From positions 2,752-66,713 of the forward strand of contig JAQVQA010000001.1 of the NCBI GenBank assembly GCA_028701835.1: 63,962 nucleotides of DNA, in the 5' to 3' direction. Positions 53,511 to 62,102 of this stretch are shown here, in pieces (the first letter of the stretch is position 1; every line of letters starts with the position of its first letter). Origin of the DNA: Candidatus Iainarchaeum sp. Its GTDB lineage: Archaea > Iainarchaeota > Iainarchaeia > Iainarchaeales > JAAZKV01. The position numbers were made by a program, and so were the translations under genes. The notes below the pieces were generated by a model. It was not told the DNA's origin, searched no databases, and saw only the letters and a list, made by a program, of their open reading frames with translations.

Positions 53511-54329
53511 ATGGATATAGAATTTGATTTAAAAAAATCAATTGATGAGAATGCCTCTTTTTATTTTAATGAATCAAAATTAGCTAAGCGAAAAGTTGAG
53601 GGGTTAAAAAAAGCGTTGAATTTAATGCAACAAAAAGTTTCAAAGAGGGAAGAAATTGATGCTAAAAAGGAATTAATTGCAAAACAGAAAAAAGACAAGG
53701 AGAGGGTTTCAAAAAAATGGTTTTATTCTTTTAGATGGTTTTTTACTAGTGATAATTTCCTTGTAGTTGGGGGTAGGGATGCGATTAGTAATGAAAAAAT
53801 TGTTAAGAATAAAATGAAGAAGAATGATGTTTATTTTCACGCTGATGTTTTTGGAGCTCCTCATTGTATTATTGTTGCTCCTGAAAAATTAAAGGGGGAA
53901 GTTTTTGTTCCTCCTTTTTCTTCAATGAATGAAGCTGCTTGTTTTGCAGCGACTTTTTCAAAGGCTTGGGAAGAGGCTAGACCAATAGCTGATGTTTATT
54001 CAGTTAAACCAGAACAGGTTTCAAAGTCAGCTAGGCCTGGGGAGTCAATGGGTACTGGGGCTTTTATGATTTATGGGGAGCGTAATTGGTTTAAGAAAAC
54101 CGTTCTTTCTTGTGCGGTTGGTTATTTTCCAAGGGAACAAAGATTAATGTGTGGTCCAATTAATGCGATTAAGTTTCATTGCAAGAATTTTTTTGAATTA
54201 AAACATGGAAGTAAATCAAAGGAAGTAATTTCTCGTGAATTAAAAGCATTGTTTGAAAAAAAAGGTTTGTTTTTTGAATTGGATGAATTTGTTTCAATTA
54301 TCCCTAATGGTGGATTTGAATTGAAGTGA
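53511..54329 (+). CDS. Short NFACT-family protein (DUF814/NFACT-R domain, Rqc2/FbpA-related)
   Basis: FFTSDNFLVVGGRDAISNEKIVKNKMKKNDVYFHADVFGAPHCIIV matches the DUF814 core (g..i.vGrn..qNe.l......D.~fHa...G.h.vi). Preceded by a coiled coil. Confidence 0.65.
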   Translation: MDIEFDLKKSIDENASFYFNESKLAKRKVEGLKKALNLMQQKVSKREEIDAKKELIAKQKKDKERVSKKWFYSFRWFFTSDNFLVVGGRDAISNEKIVKNKMKKNDVYFHADVFGAPHCIIVAPEKLKGEVFVPPFSSMNEAACFAATFSKAWEEARPIADVYSVKPEQVSKSARPGESMGTGAFMIYGERNWFKKTVLSCAVGYFPREQRLMCGPINAIKFHCKNFFELKHGSKSKEVISRELKALFEKKGLFFELDEFVSIIPNGGFELK

Positions 54330-54488
54330 ATTTGTTTTAATTCATAAAACAATTTTGACACGATTCTTTTTGTAAATAATTTTAATAGTTTCTTTTAGAG
54401 TGGTTTTAAGAAATTATTATTTTGTTTCTATACCTTTTTAATTCTTTTCGAGTGTGAGTTATAATAGAGAGTATTTTGGTTGGTTTTT

Positions 54489-56681
54489 ATGCCTGAAGAA
54501 AAAAGGGAAATAAGTTTGCAGGTACAAGATCCTGACCCAACTCACGTTGGACGTAACATTGTTACACTTGATAAGGAAACTAAGACTTTTCTTAGTATTA
54601 CTTCAGGAGATATTGTTCAAATAGAGGGTTCTAAGAAGACTGCTGCTATTGTTTGGCCTGCGAGGAATGATGATGAGGGTAAGAAACTAATTAGAGCCGA
54701 TTCTTTTATTAGACACAATGCAGGAGTGGCTTTGAATGAGAAGGTTAAGGTTAGTAAAGTAATTCCTCAAGAGGGTAAGAAAGTTATTTTGGCTCCTGTT
54801 GAAGAGGTTAGAATAATTGCTTCTGGTTATGATAGGATTCTTAAAAAAAGTTTTTTGGGTAGGCCTTTAACTATTGGGGATAATGTTTGGATTAGTGTTT
54901 TTGGTTCTGGTTTTATTTATCGTGTTGTTGATACTTCTCCGCGGGGAATAGTTAAGGTTACTGATAATACTCAATTTTCTCTTAAAGAAAAACCTGTGAA
55001 GGATGCTTTGAGTAATATTCCTAAAGTAGCTTACGAGGATATTGGTGGTTTAAGCGAGCAAGTAAAGAAAGTTCGTGAAATGGTTGAGCTTCCAATGAAG
55101 CACCCTGAATTGTTTCAAAAATTAGGGATAGTTCCTCCTAAAGGGATTTTGCTTTATGGTCCTCCGGGTACGGGTAAGACTCTTTTAGCGAAAGCAGTTG
55201 CTAACGAAGCGCAAGTTCACTTCATTTATGTTTCAGCTCCTGAAATAATGGGTAAGTTTGTTGGTGAAGCAGAAGAGAGGGTTCGTAATCTTTTCAAGGA
55301 TGCGCAAGATAATGCGCCATCCATTATTTTTATTGACGAGATTGATGCTATTGCGCCTAAGCGTGATGAAGTTGTTGGTGAAGTTGAGCGGAGAGTAGTT
55401 GCGCAAATCCTTTCTTTAATGGATGGTCTTGAGGGGAGGGGTGAAGTAATTATAATGGCTGCAACAAACAGAGTTAATTCAATTGATGAGGCTCTAAGAA
55501 GACCAGGTAGGTTTGATAGAGAAATTGAGTTTACAGTACCTGATAAAAAATCAAGAGAACAAATACTAGGAATTCACACTAGGGGAATGCCTCTTGAAGA
55601 AGAGGGGGATGATAAAGTTGATTTGAATTACTTTGCTTCATTAACTCATGGTTTTGTTGGAGCTGATTTGCAGGCATTGACTAAAGAAGCGGCGATGAAG
55701 GCTCTTAGGAGGTACTTGCCTCAAATTGATTTAGAGGATGAAACTATTCCTCCTGAAATTTTGGAGAGATTAAAAATTAATCAACTTGATTTTGTTGATG
55801 GTTTAAAGGATGTTCAACCTAGTGCGTTAAGAGAGGTTGCAGTTGAGGTTCCTAATATTAAGTGGAGTCAAATTGGTGCGCTTGATGAAGTTAAACAGGA
55901 ATTAAAACAAGCTGTGGAGTGGCCATTAAAAAACCCTGGCGTGTTTAAAGAAATGGGTATTCGTCCTCCTAAAGGGATTTTGCTTTATGGTCCTCCGGGT
56001 ACGGGTAAGACTCTTTTAGCAAAAGCAGTTGCTACTGAATCAGAATCTAACTTTATTTCAATTAAGGGCCCAGAGTTAATGAGTATGTGGGTTGGTGAGG
56101 GTGAGAGGGGAGTTAGAAAGATTTTTAAGAAAGCTCGTCAAGTTGCGCCTTGTGTAGTTTTCTTTGATGAGTTTGATGCTATTGCTCCAAGGAGAGGAGC
56201 TGAAATGGGGAATAATGTTACTGAGAGAATGGTTAATCAATTACTAACCGAACTTGACGGTGTAGAGTCACTTAATGATGTGGTATTCATTGCTGCGACT
56301 AATCGACCTGATTTAATTGACCCTGCTTTGCTTAGACCGGGCAGAATTGATAAATTAGTTATAGTTCCTGCACCTAATGAAGAAGCAAGAGAAGAGATTC
56401 TAAAAGTTCATACAAAAAATATGAAGATTGATAAGAGTGTTTCAATTAAAGAACTAGCTTCAAAAACAAAAGGATTCTCTGGGGCTGACCTTGAGGGGTT
56501 AGTTAGGGAAGCTGCTCTTTTAGTTCTTCAAAAAAATAATATGAAACCTAATTTGATTAAGATGAATGATTTTGAAGAGATACTAGAAAAAATGAATCCT
56601 ACTATTAAAGAAGAGAGTGAGAGAGCTTATGAAGAATTCAAAGAAAAAGCTAGGGATTTTAGGCCAAGTTATGTTGGGTAA
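54489..56681 (+). CDS. cdc48: CDC48/VCP-type AAA+ ATPase (two AAA domains)
   Basis: N-domain followed by D1 and D2, each with [20 protein letters not shown] Walker A, DEIDAI/DEFDAI Walker B, and ATNR sensor motifs. Confidence 0.9.
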   Translation: MPEEKREISLQVQDPDPTHVGRNIVTLDKETKTFLSITSGDIVQIEGSKKTAAIVWPARNDDEGKKLIRADSFIRHNAGVALNEKVKVSKVIPQEGKKVILAPVEEVRIIASGYDRILKKSFLGRPLTIGDNVWISVFGSGFIYRVVDTSPRGIVKVTDNTQFSLKEKPVKDALSNIPKVAYEDIGGLSEQVKKVREMVELPMKHPELFQKLGIVPPKGILLYGPPGTGKTLLAKAVANEAQVHFIYVSAPEIMGKFVGEAEERVRNLFKDAQDNAPSIIFIDEIDAIAPKRDEVVGEVERRVVAQILSLMDGLEGRGEVIIMAATNRVNSIDEALRRPGRFDREIEFTVPDKKSREQILGIHTRGMPLEEEGDDKVDLNYFASLTHGFVGADLQALTKEAAMKALRRYLPQIDLEDETIPPEILERLKINQLDFVDGLKDVQPSALREVAVEVPNIKWSQIGALDEVKQELKQAVEWPLKNPGVFKEMGIRPPKGILLYGPPGTGKTLLAKAVATESESNFISIKGPELMSMWVGEGERGVRKIFKKARQVAPCVVFFDEFDAIAPRRGAEMGNNVTERMVNQLLTELDGVESLNDVVFIAATNRPDLIDPALLRPGRIDKLVIVPAPNEEAREEILKVHTKNMKIDKSVSIKELASKTKGFSGADLEGLVREAALLVLQKNNMKPNLIKMNDFEEILEKMNPTIKEESERAYEEFKEKARDFRPSYVG
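55133..56034. repeat. 71-nt stretch repeated with one mismatch between the D1 and D2 Walker A regions of cdc48 (55133-55203 and 55964-56034)
   Basis: tcctcctaaagggattttgctttatggtcctccgggtacgggtaagactcttttagc is identical in both copies (57 nt). One G/A difference follows, then 13 more identical nt. Confidence 0.8.
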
Positions 56682-56903
56682 AAGTTTTTTGATTAATTAG
56701 AGTCAGTTTTTTTTGTTTGATTAAACAAAGAATAAGTTTTTTTTTGTTTTATTTATTCTTTGATTTTTATGCTATTTTTTTTAGTTTTAAATAATTTCTT
56801 TTTTTTGTAATTTAATTAATTTTTTTTAATTATTATTTGGTTTAGTTTTTTTGCTCTATTTTTTTAATTAATATTTGGTTAGTTTCTTTTTTTTAATTTT
56901 TTT

Positions 56904-57524
56904 TTAGAATAATAATCCTGGTAGGAATACTAGTGTTGCACTTAGTATAAAGAATATTCCCCAAACTAGTTTATTCCAAGTAAATACTTTTGAACCATCA
57001 AGCATTAGTATTGGGAGTAGATTAAAGAATGCGAAAAAGAAATTAACTTGTCCTGCGAGGGTAAATACTATTTGCAAAAAATCTCCTTTAAATAAATTTG
57101 CAATCATCATTAAACACAAACCTATTACTAAGTTAGTTGCGGGACCCGCTAGTGAAATCAACCCGTTTTGTTTTAGAGTAACTTTTTCAGCAAAAAAGTA
57201 AGTAGCTCCTGGTGCTGCAAAAAGGAATCTTCCTCCAGTGATTATTGCTAGTGCTAGTGCAATGAATAATCCTTGATACCATGCTCTAAATTCGGAGTGG
57301 AATCCATAATATTTAGCAGCTTCTCTGTGTGCTAGTTCGTGCAATACAAATCCTGTTCCGACTGCGATTAATGCGATTGGGAAAGAAACTACTAAATTTG
57401 AGATATTAAAAAAAACCGGGTTAATCATTATAGCAAAAGCCAAGCTTAGTGTGAGCCAAGAAATTATTAAATCTTTTTTTTCTTGTGGTGAGAAGTAAAA
57501 TAAACTTTTTTTTGAAGAAACCAT
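56904..57524 (-). CDS. M50-family (site-2 protease-like) membrane zinc metalloprotease
   Basis: HELAHREAAKYYG (HExxH) within a TM segment and NLLPILMLDGSKV (NxxPxxxLDG). Confidence 0.75.
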   Translation of the reverse strand: MVSSKKSLFYFSPQEKKDLIISWLTLSLAFAIMINPVFFNISNLVVSFPIALIAVGTGFVLHELAHREAAKYYGFHSEFRAWYQGLFIALALAIITGGRFLFAAPGATYFFAEKVTLKQNGLISLAGPATNLVIGLCLMMIANLFKGDFLQIVFTLAGQVNFFFAFFNLLPILMLDGSKVFTWNKLVWGIFFILSATLVFLPGLLF

Positions 57525-57657
57525 TTATAATCAACTTTTATATTAATTTTTTATTAAAGAGAAGTTTTAAATAACTACTAATTTTGTTTTGCGTCATTTG
57601 TCGAAATTAACTAAAGCTTTTTATTCACTAAAAAAAAGTGTTTTTTTGTGATTTGTT

Positions 57658-57846
57658 ATGAGTTTAATGAGTATTTCTAAAGAGTGTAAAGCACAGATTT
57701 CTGTGGAATTAATAATAGTTCTTGCGGCAGTTGTTGCGGTAGTGCTGATATTAGTTTCCCAGCTTCAAGAAACTAGTAATGAGGGGAGTAAAAAACTTGA
57801 GGAGACTTCTGAGAATATCTTCAAAAAAATTGATGATATTAAATAA
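57658..57846 (+). CDS. Mini-pilin (62 aa, KAQ type)
   Basis: MSLMSISKECKAQISVELIIVLAAVVAVVLILV, followed by an acidic/K-rich tail as in the 38121 mini-pilin. Confidence 0.6.
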   Translation: MSLMSISKECKAQISVELIIVLAAVVAVVLILVSQLQETSNEGSKKLEETSENIFKKIDDIK

Positions 57847-57860
57847 AAAGTGATTGATTT

Positions 57861-58337
57861 GTGAAAATTTGTTTTTTAAAAAAATTTTATTCAAAAATAT
57901 TTGTTGAAAAAAAAGAATTTTTTTTTAATTCTTTAATTTATTCAAATGCAAAGGGGCAAGTTTCTTTAGAGTATTTGCTGATAGTAACCGCTTTTTTTTC
58001 AATTCTTTTAATAGTTCTTCCTATAGCAGTAAATACTATGGATTCTTTTCTTTTTGCTAGTGATGATTTAACTGCAAAATCTATTGTGAGTGAATTAAAC
58101 GAGAATATTTCTTTAATGAATTTTTTAGGAGAAGGGTCTAGCAGGGTTTTTGATTATTCTCCATTAAAGGGTTTAACTATTTATTCTATTGGCTCGAAAT
58201 TAATTATTCAAACAGAGTCAAATAATTTTGAAGTTGAAACATTTTCTCCTCAATTGATTCAAAAAACTTTTTTTGATTCAAAATTTTCAATAACTTTAAA
58301 AAAATCCAGCAAAGGAATTGTGGTTCAAGTTCAATAA
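57861..58337 (+). CDS. Pilin-like protein; its canonical start appears frame-disrupted
   Basis: NAKGQVSLEYLLIVTAFFSILLIVLPIAV. The only in-frame start is the GTG at 57861, 37 codons upstream. An ATG at 57946 immediately before the KGQ codons is out of frame by one nt. Confidence 0.5.
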   Translation: MKICFLKKFYSKIFVEKKEFFFNSLIYSNAKGQVSLEYLLIVTAFFSILLIVLPIAVNTMDSFLFASDDLTAKSIVSELNENISLMNFLGEGSSRVFDYSPLKGLTIYSIGSKLIIQTESNNFEVETFSPQLIQKTFFDSKFSITLKKSSKGIVVQVQ

Positions 58338-58344
58338 GAATAAG

Positions 58345-58701
58345 TTAATCATAGCAAACAATTATTTTGATTTTGTTCTCTTTTAATTGTTGATCTAGTA
58401 TTACTCCTTCACTAGAAATAGTATTTTTTGTATCGTTGCATTTAGTCAGTTCTTTTTCATTCACCCATAAATTAATTTTGTTATTAAAAATTTTTTTTGC
58501 ATCACTAATCATTTCTTCTTCTGTAAAGTATTCTTGACTCCACACTCTAATTAAATCGTTTGCTTGTTGAGTAATTATTAGTTCTTTAAGTGAAGGGTTT
58601 TTTTCTTGGGGGATTGAGTATAAGAGCAGAATAAATATTAGTATTGTTAGGATTGCTTCGAAAGTGAATACAAATCCTTTTTTATTTAATTCTCTTTGCA
58701 T
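58345..58701 (-). CDS. Pilin-like protein
   Basis: MQRELNKKGFVFTFEAILTILIFILLLYS N-terminus. Confidence 0.6.
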   Translation of the reverse strand: MQRELNKKGFVFTFEAILTILIFILLLYSIPQEKNPSLKELIITQQANDLIRVWSQEYFTEEEMISDAKKIFNNKINLWVNEKELTKCNDTKNTISSEGVILDQQLKENKIKIIVCYD

Positions 58702-59231
58702 ATTCTCACTTCTATAATTGCTTTTTGGTTATTTGCTATAATGAATCTCTTAATACTAGTGCATTGTGTTGTGTTTTGAGTGTTGTAAATCACTTTTTCT
58801 ATTTGTTTTGTTTTCAAAAATTCAATTGTTATGCTTTCAACAAAAAAAGTGTTTATTTTTAGCCCACTTGATTGCTTTATTTTTAAATAATCAATGTTGT
58901 TTGTAAGAACCCTTTTTTTTTCTTCATCATAAATACATGCTCCTAGAAGGGGTTGAACAGTATTTTGGTTTTTGATTAAGGAGTCTGTTATAAAAATGGC
59001 TTTTTGATCGAGTTCTAGTTGTGTTAGTTCTCGTTCTGTTAAATTTATGGTGTTTGAAAGGTTTAGGGTGAATATTAGTATTGTAAATAGTATTATTACA
59101 AAACTTATTGTTGCGTCAGTTGAGAAAATAATTCCTTTTTGGTTAAAATTATTAAATCTTTTTTTATTAAAACAAAATTGGTTTAATTTCCTGTCTCTTG
59201 TGATGTTTGATTTACTTATTTTGTAACACAT
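58686..59231 (-). CDS. Pilin-like protein with no canonical start near its signal peptide; the 5' end is overlapped by repeat copy B
   Basis: NQKGIIFSTDATISFVIILFTILIF. The nearest in-frame ATG (59231) lies inside the repeat element. The track ORF runs on to a TTG at 59351. Confidence 0.45.
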   Translation of the reverse strand: MCYKISKSNITRDRKLNQFCFNKKRFNNFNQKGIIFSTDATISFVIILFTILIFTLNLSNTINLTERELTQLELDQKAIFITDSLIKNQNTVQPLLGACIYDEEKKRVLTNNIDYLKIKQSSGLKINTFFVESITIEFLKTKQIEKVIYNTQNTTQCTSIKRFIIANNQKAIIEVRICKEN

Positions 59232-59340
59232 CAAAAAGCTAATTGCTTTTTGCGAGTCATAAAAAAAGCTAAATAGCTTTTGATTGACATAAAGAACCTC
59301 TAATACTCCTTGGGACTTGCTTCGACAGGGTTCTTCATTT
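59171..59340. repeat. Copy B of the two-copy non-coding element (copy A at 11707-11912)
   Basis: Same four conserved blocks, in the same order and orientation, as copy A. The variable segments between the blocks differ in length and form their own hairpins (AAAAAGC-TAATT-GCTTTTT, AAAGCTA..TAGCTTT). Confidence 0.7.
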
Positions 59341-59658
59341 GTAGTGTTCAAAGTTATTCACTTCCAATTGTTGTTCGTTTTTTGCGTTTGTGATTATGTA
59401 AGTAGTTTTTGTTTTGTTATTTGTTTTTGAAGTAATTTTGTTTTCAATTGCATTACAGTTTATTTCTTTATTGTATTGTTTTGCAGAGTTGCTTACTATT
59501 GAATCTATTATAAAAGCGCATTTCATTGAATTTGTTTTTGCATTAAGGGAATCTGAAGCGTTTTGAAAATTTTTTTCTTGTAATATCACTGCATTAATTA
59601 AAATGCTGATGCTTATTGTTATTGCAATTAGTGACAATAGTGCTTCTATTGAATTCAA
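59335..59658 (-). CDS. Pilin-like/small secreted protein
   Basis: MNSIEALLSLIAITISISILINAVIL N-terminus (short leader plus hydrophobic helix). Confidence 0.5.
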   Translation of the reverse strand: MNSIEALLSLIAITISISILINAVILQEKNFQNASDSLNAKTNSMKCAFIIDSIVSNSAKQYNKEINCNAIENKITSKTNNKTKTTYIITNAKNEQQLEVNNFEHYK

Positions 59659-59659
59659 T

Positions 59660-60166
59660 TTAAATCACTCTCATAATTGTTTTAGAGTAATCTTTTGGAA
59701 GAACAAATTCAGTAATAATGTTTTCTCCGATTTGTTGTTTTATTTTAGTGGTTGTGTTGTTTGTAGCATAAACGTATTGAGCGTAAATCAAATAATTGCT
59801 TTTTAGTAGTTGTACACTAGAATTTTGGTTCAAAAAGATTTGAGTTAGGGGGGTTTTTGATCCGTTTATTTTTTGTATGACTGTTTTGTTTTTTAGGTAA
59901 TTATATATTTCTTGATTAATAATTTTTTTTGCTGTTTGAGTGTTAAAATTTTGTAAATTTATTTGTTCGTCTAGTTTTATTTGAATTATTTTGTCCAAAT
60001 TGTTTTCAATTATTGTTCTTTCTTTATTCCCCATTTCTGCTTTTATTAATTCATTAATTGTTTCTTTAATTGTTCGTTTGTTTTCATTGAGTTGAATTGT
60101 GAATGAAAGCATTAGAGCTAGCATTAAGAGGGTTAAAATAAATCCACTAAAACCTTTATTATTCAT
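59660..60166 (-). CDS. Pilin-like protein
   Basis: MNNKGFSGFILTLLMLALMLSF N-terminus. Confidence 0.6.
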   Translation of the reverse strand: MNNKGFSGFILTLLMLALMLSFTIQLNENKRTIKETINELIKAEMGNKERTIIENNLDKIIQIKLDEQINLQNFNTQTAKKIINQEIYNYLKNKTVIQKINGSKTPLTQIFLNQNSSVQLLKSNYLIYAQYVYATNNTTTKIKQQIGENIITEFVLPKDYSKTIMRVI

Positions 60167-60254
60167 TTAAAAAGTTTTGATTACTTGGTTAAAAAACCTT
60201 TATTTGTTTTCGTCAATTGTTGAATGTTTTTTAGTAGTTGTAATTGAATGTTTT

Positions 60255-60518
60255 TTAGAGTATGAATATTATTATCATCATTATTAAGAATACTGCTGTT
60301 GCGAATGCTCTGTTATAGTATGCAAGTGCTCCTGCTAGTGCTGGTAAGAGTACTGCTAGCATTGCTTGGTTGGGGTAGTTTTGTGCAACTATTATTCCAA
60401 TAAACGCGCCTATTGCGAGTATAAAGAAGAGGAATGCTACAAAGTGTGGGATAGTGTCTGAAGCAGCTTTTTGTATTTTTCCAAACCAACTATCAAGCGT
60501 TTTTTGCACTTCAACCAT
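60255..60518 (-). CDS. Hypothetical small membrane protein (2 TM)
   Basis: 87 aa. Hydrophobic segments HFVAFLFFILAIGAFIGIIV and AFATAVFLIMMIIIFIL. Confidence 0.5.
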   Translation of the reverse strand: MVEVQKTLDSWFGKIQKAASDTIPHFVAFLFFILAIGAFIGIIVAQNYPNQAMLAVLLPALAGALAYYNRAFATAVFLIMMIIIFIL

Positions 60519-60619
60519 GTTCTTTACCTATTAATATTCTTTAAAGAGTATTCTTAAATATTTTTGTTTTTTTTGTTTTAGCTTAAACCTTTAAAATAAC
60601 AACTAATTCTCTTTATTTC

Positions 60620-62068
60620 ATGTCTGACTTGAGTGTTAAGGTTAAAGAGCTTTCAGAAATTGAGCGTAGTGTTCTTTTGAATATGGGTTCTGATTTTGTT
60701 GGTTTTGATAGGATTGTTCTTTCTTCAGGAGTGGGGATTGATTCTGTTCGAAGAGCTTGTGCTTGGCTTAATCAAAAGGGTTTTGCAGTTATTAATGAGA
60801 GTGAGGAGGAAATTTTTTCACTTACTCCTCTTGGCGAAGTTGCATTAAGGAATGGTTTGCCTGAGAATGTTTTACTTAAGACTCTAAAAGAACTTGGGGG
60901 TAAAGCTTCTTTTGATTTGCTTGAAACTAAATCTGGTTTATCTAAGCAAGAATTTATGGCTGCGCTTGGGATTAATAAAAGAAAAGCGTTTGTTATAATT
61001 AGTGAGGGTAGTATTGAGGATACGGGTGTTAGTGAAGGTAATTTAGATTTTTCTTTTGAGAATGCATTGAGGGATGTTTTTGATTCAAAAAAAGTTGAGA
61101 GTAGTTTTTTAGTTGAATTACAAAAGAGGGGTCTTGTTGAGAGAAAAAGGAGTGTTTTGCGTTTAGTGAAAATTTCTCAACTTGGTGAAGATGCGAAAAA
61201 GATTTTGTCTACTCAAACTATTGAAAGGGTTTTTGATGTTGAGGGAGAGGTTCCAAATATTTTTTTGGGTAAGAGGGCTCCTTATATTCAATTCTTGCAA
61301 CAAATTAGGAGTAAATTAGTTTCGCTTGGTTTTAAAGAAATGCCTACTTCTCTTTTAACAACAGAGTTTTTTAATTTTGATGTTTTGTATCAACCCCAAA
61401 ATCACCCTGCTCGTACTTTGACTGATACTTATCAATTAAAGTATCCGAAGAGTGCTTCTCTTCCTGATAAGAGGATAGTTGATGCAATTAAATCAGCTCA
61501 CGAGAATGGTGGGGTTAGTGGGGGTAAGGGTTGGGGTTATGAGTGGAGTAGGGAAGTTGCAAGTAAGTTAATGCCTTCTGCTCATGGTACTGCTCATACA
61601 GCAAAGCAATTAGTTAAGGGAGTTAATTCTCCTCAAAAATATTTTGCGATTGCTCGTTGTTTTCGCCCTGATGTTTTGGATGCTACTCATTTAATTGAAT
61701 TTAATCAATTAGAGGGTTTTATTATTGGTGATGACTTGAATTTTAAGCACTTGCTTGGAATGTTAAAAGATTTTGCAGTTTCGATTGCTGGTGCAGAGAA
61801 AGTAAAATTTTTTCCAGATTATTATCCCTTCACCGAGCCTAGTGTTCAACTCTCAGCTAAGCATCCTCAAATGGGTTGGGTTGAATTTGCGGGAGCAGGG
61901 ATGTTTAGGCCTGAAATGTTAAGGAATTTGGGGATAAAACAAAATGTAATTGCTTGGGGGATGGGGATTGATAGACTAGCAATGTTTAAGTTAGGGGTTA
62001 ATGATATTAGGTATTTGTTTTCTGATGACTTGAATTATTTAAGGAATGCTAAGGGAGTATTGATTTAA
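60620..62068 (+). CDS. pheS: Phenylalanine--tRNA ligase alpha subunit (archaeal/eukaryal type)
   Basis: HPARTLTDTYQL, FRPDVLDATHLIEFNQLEG (class II motif 2), and GWVEFAGAGMFRPEML...GMGIDRLAM (motif 3). Confidence 0.9.
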   Translation: MSDLSVKVKELSEIERSVLLNMGSDFVGFDRIVLSSGVGIDSVRRACAWLNQKGFAVINESEEEIFSLTPLGEVALRNGLPENVLLKTLKELGGKASFDLLETKSGLSKQEFMAALGINKRKAFVIISEGSIEDTGVSEGNLDFSFENALRDVFDSKKVESSFLVELQKRGLVERKRSVLRLVKISQLGEDAKKILSTQTIERVFDVEGEVPNIFLGKRAPYIQFLQQIRSKLVSLGFKEMPTSLLTTEFFNFDVLYQPQNHPARTLTDTYQLKYPKSASLPDKRIVDAIKSAHENGGVSGGKGWGYEWSREVASKLMPSAHGTAHTAKQLVKGVNSPQKYFAIARCFRPDVLDATHLIEFNQLEGFIIGDDLNFKHLLGMLKDFAVSIAGAEKVKFFPDYYPFTEPSVQLSAKHPQMGWVEFAGAGMFRPEMLRNLGIKQNVIAWGMGIDRLAMFKLGVNDIRYLFSDDLNYLRNAKGVLI

Positions 62069-62102
62069 GTTTAGTTTTAATGAATTTGTTTGAGTGATTT
62101 TT

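Noticed and set aside
56682-56903. A 220-bp extremely AT-rich convergent intergenic region with short direct and inverted repeats, as a replication origin
   Set aside because: There are no ORB-like repeats of adequate length and no adjacent orc1/cdc6. The T-over-A strand bias does not change sign across it. It is more simply explained as bidirectional terminator sequence (hairpin CAAAGAATAA/TTATTCTTTG at about 56726-56762 plus T-runs).
59232-59351. The N-terminal 40 residues of the track ORF 58686-59351 (MNTTNEEPCRSKSQGV...) as real coding sequence
   Set aside because: This stretch is the repeat element. Copy A has an indel that destroys the frame, so conservation is at the nucleotide level, and the peptide has no pilin-leader character.
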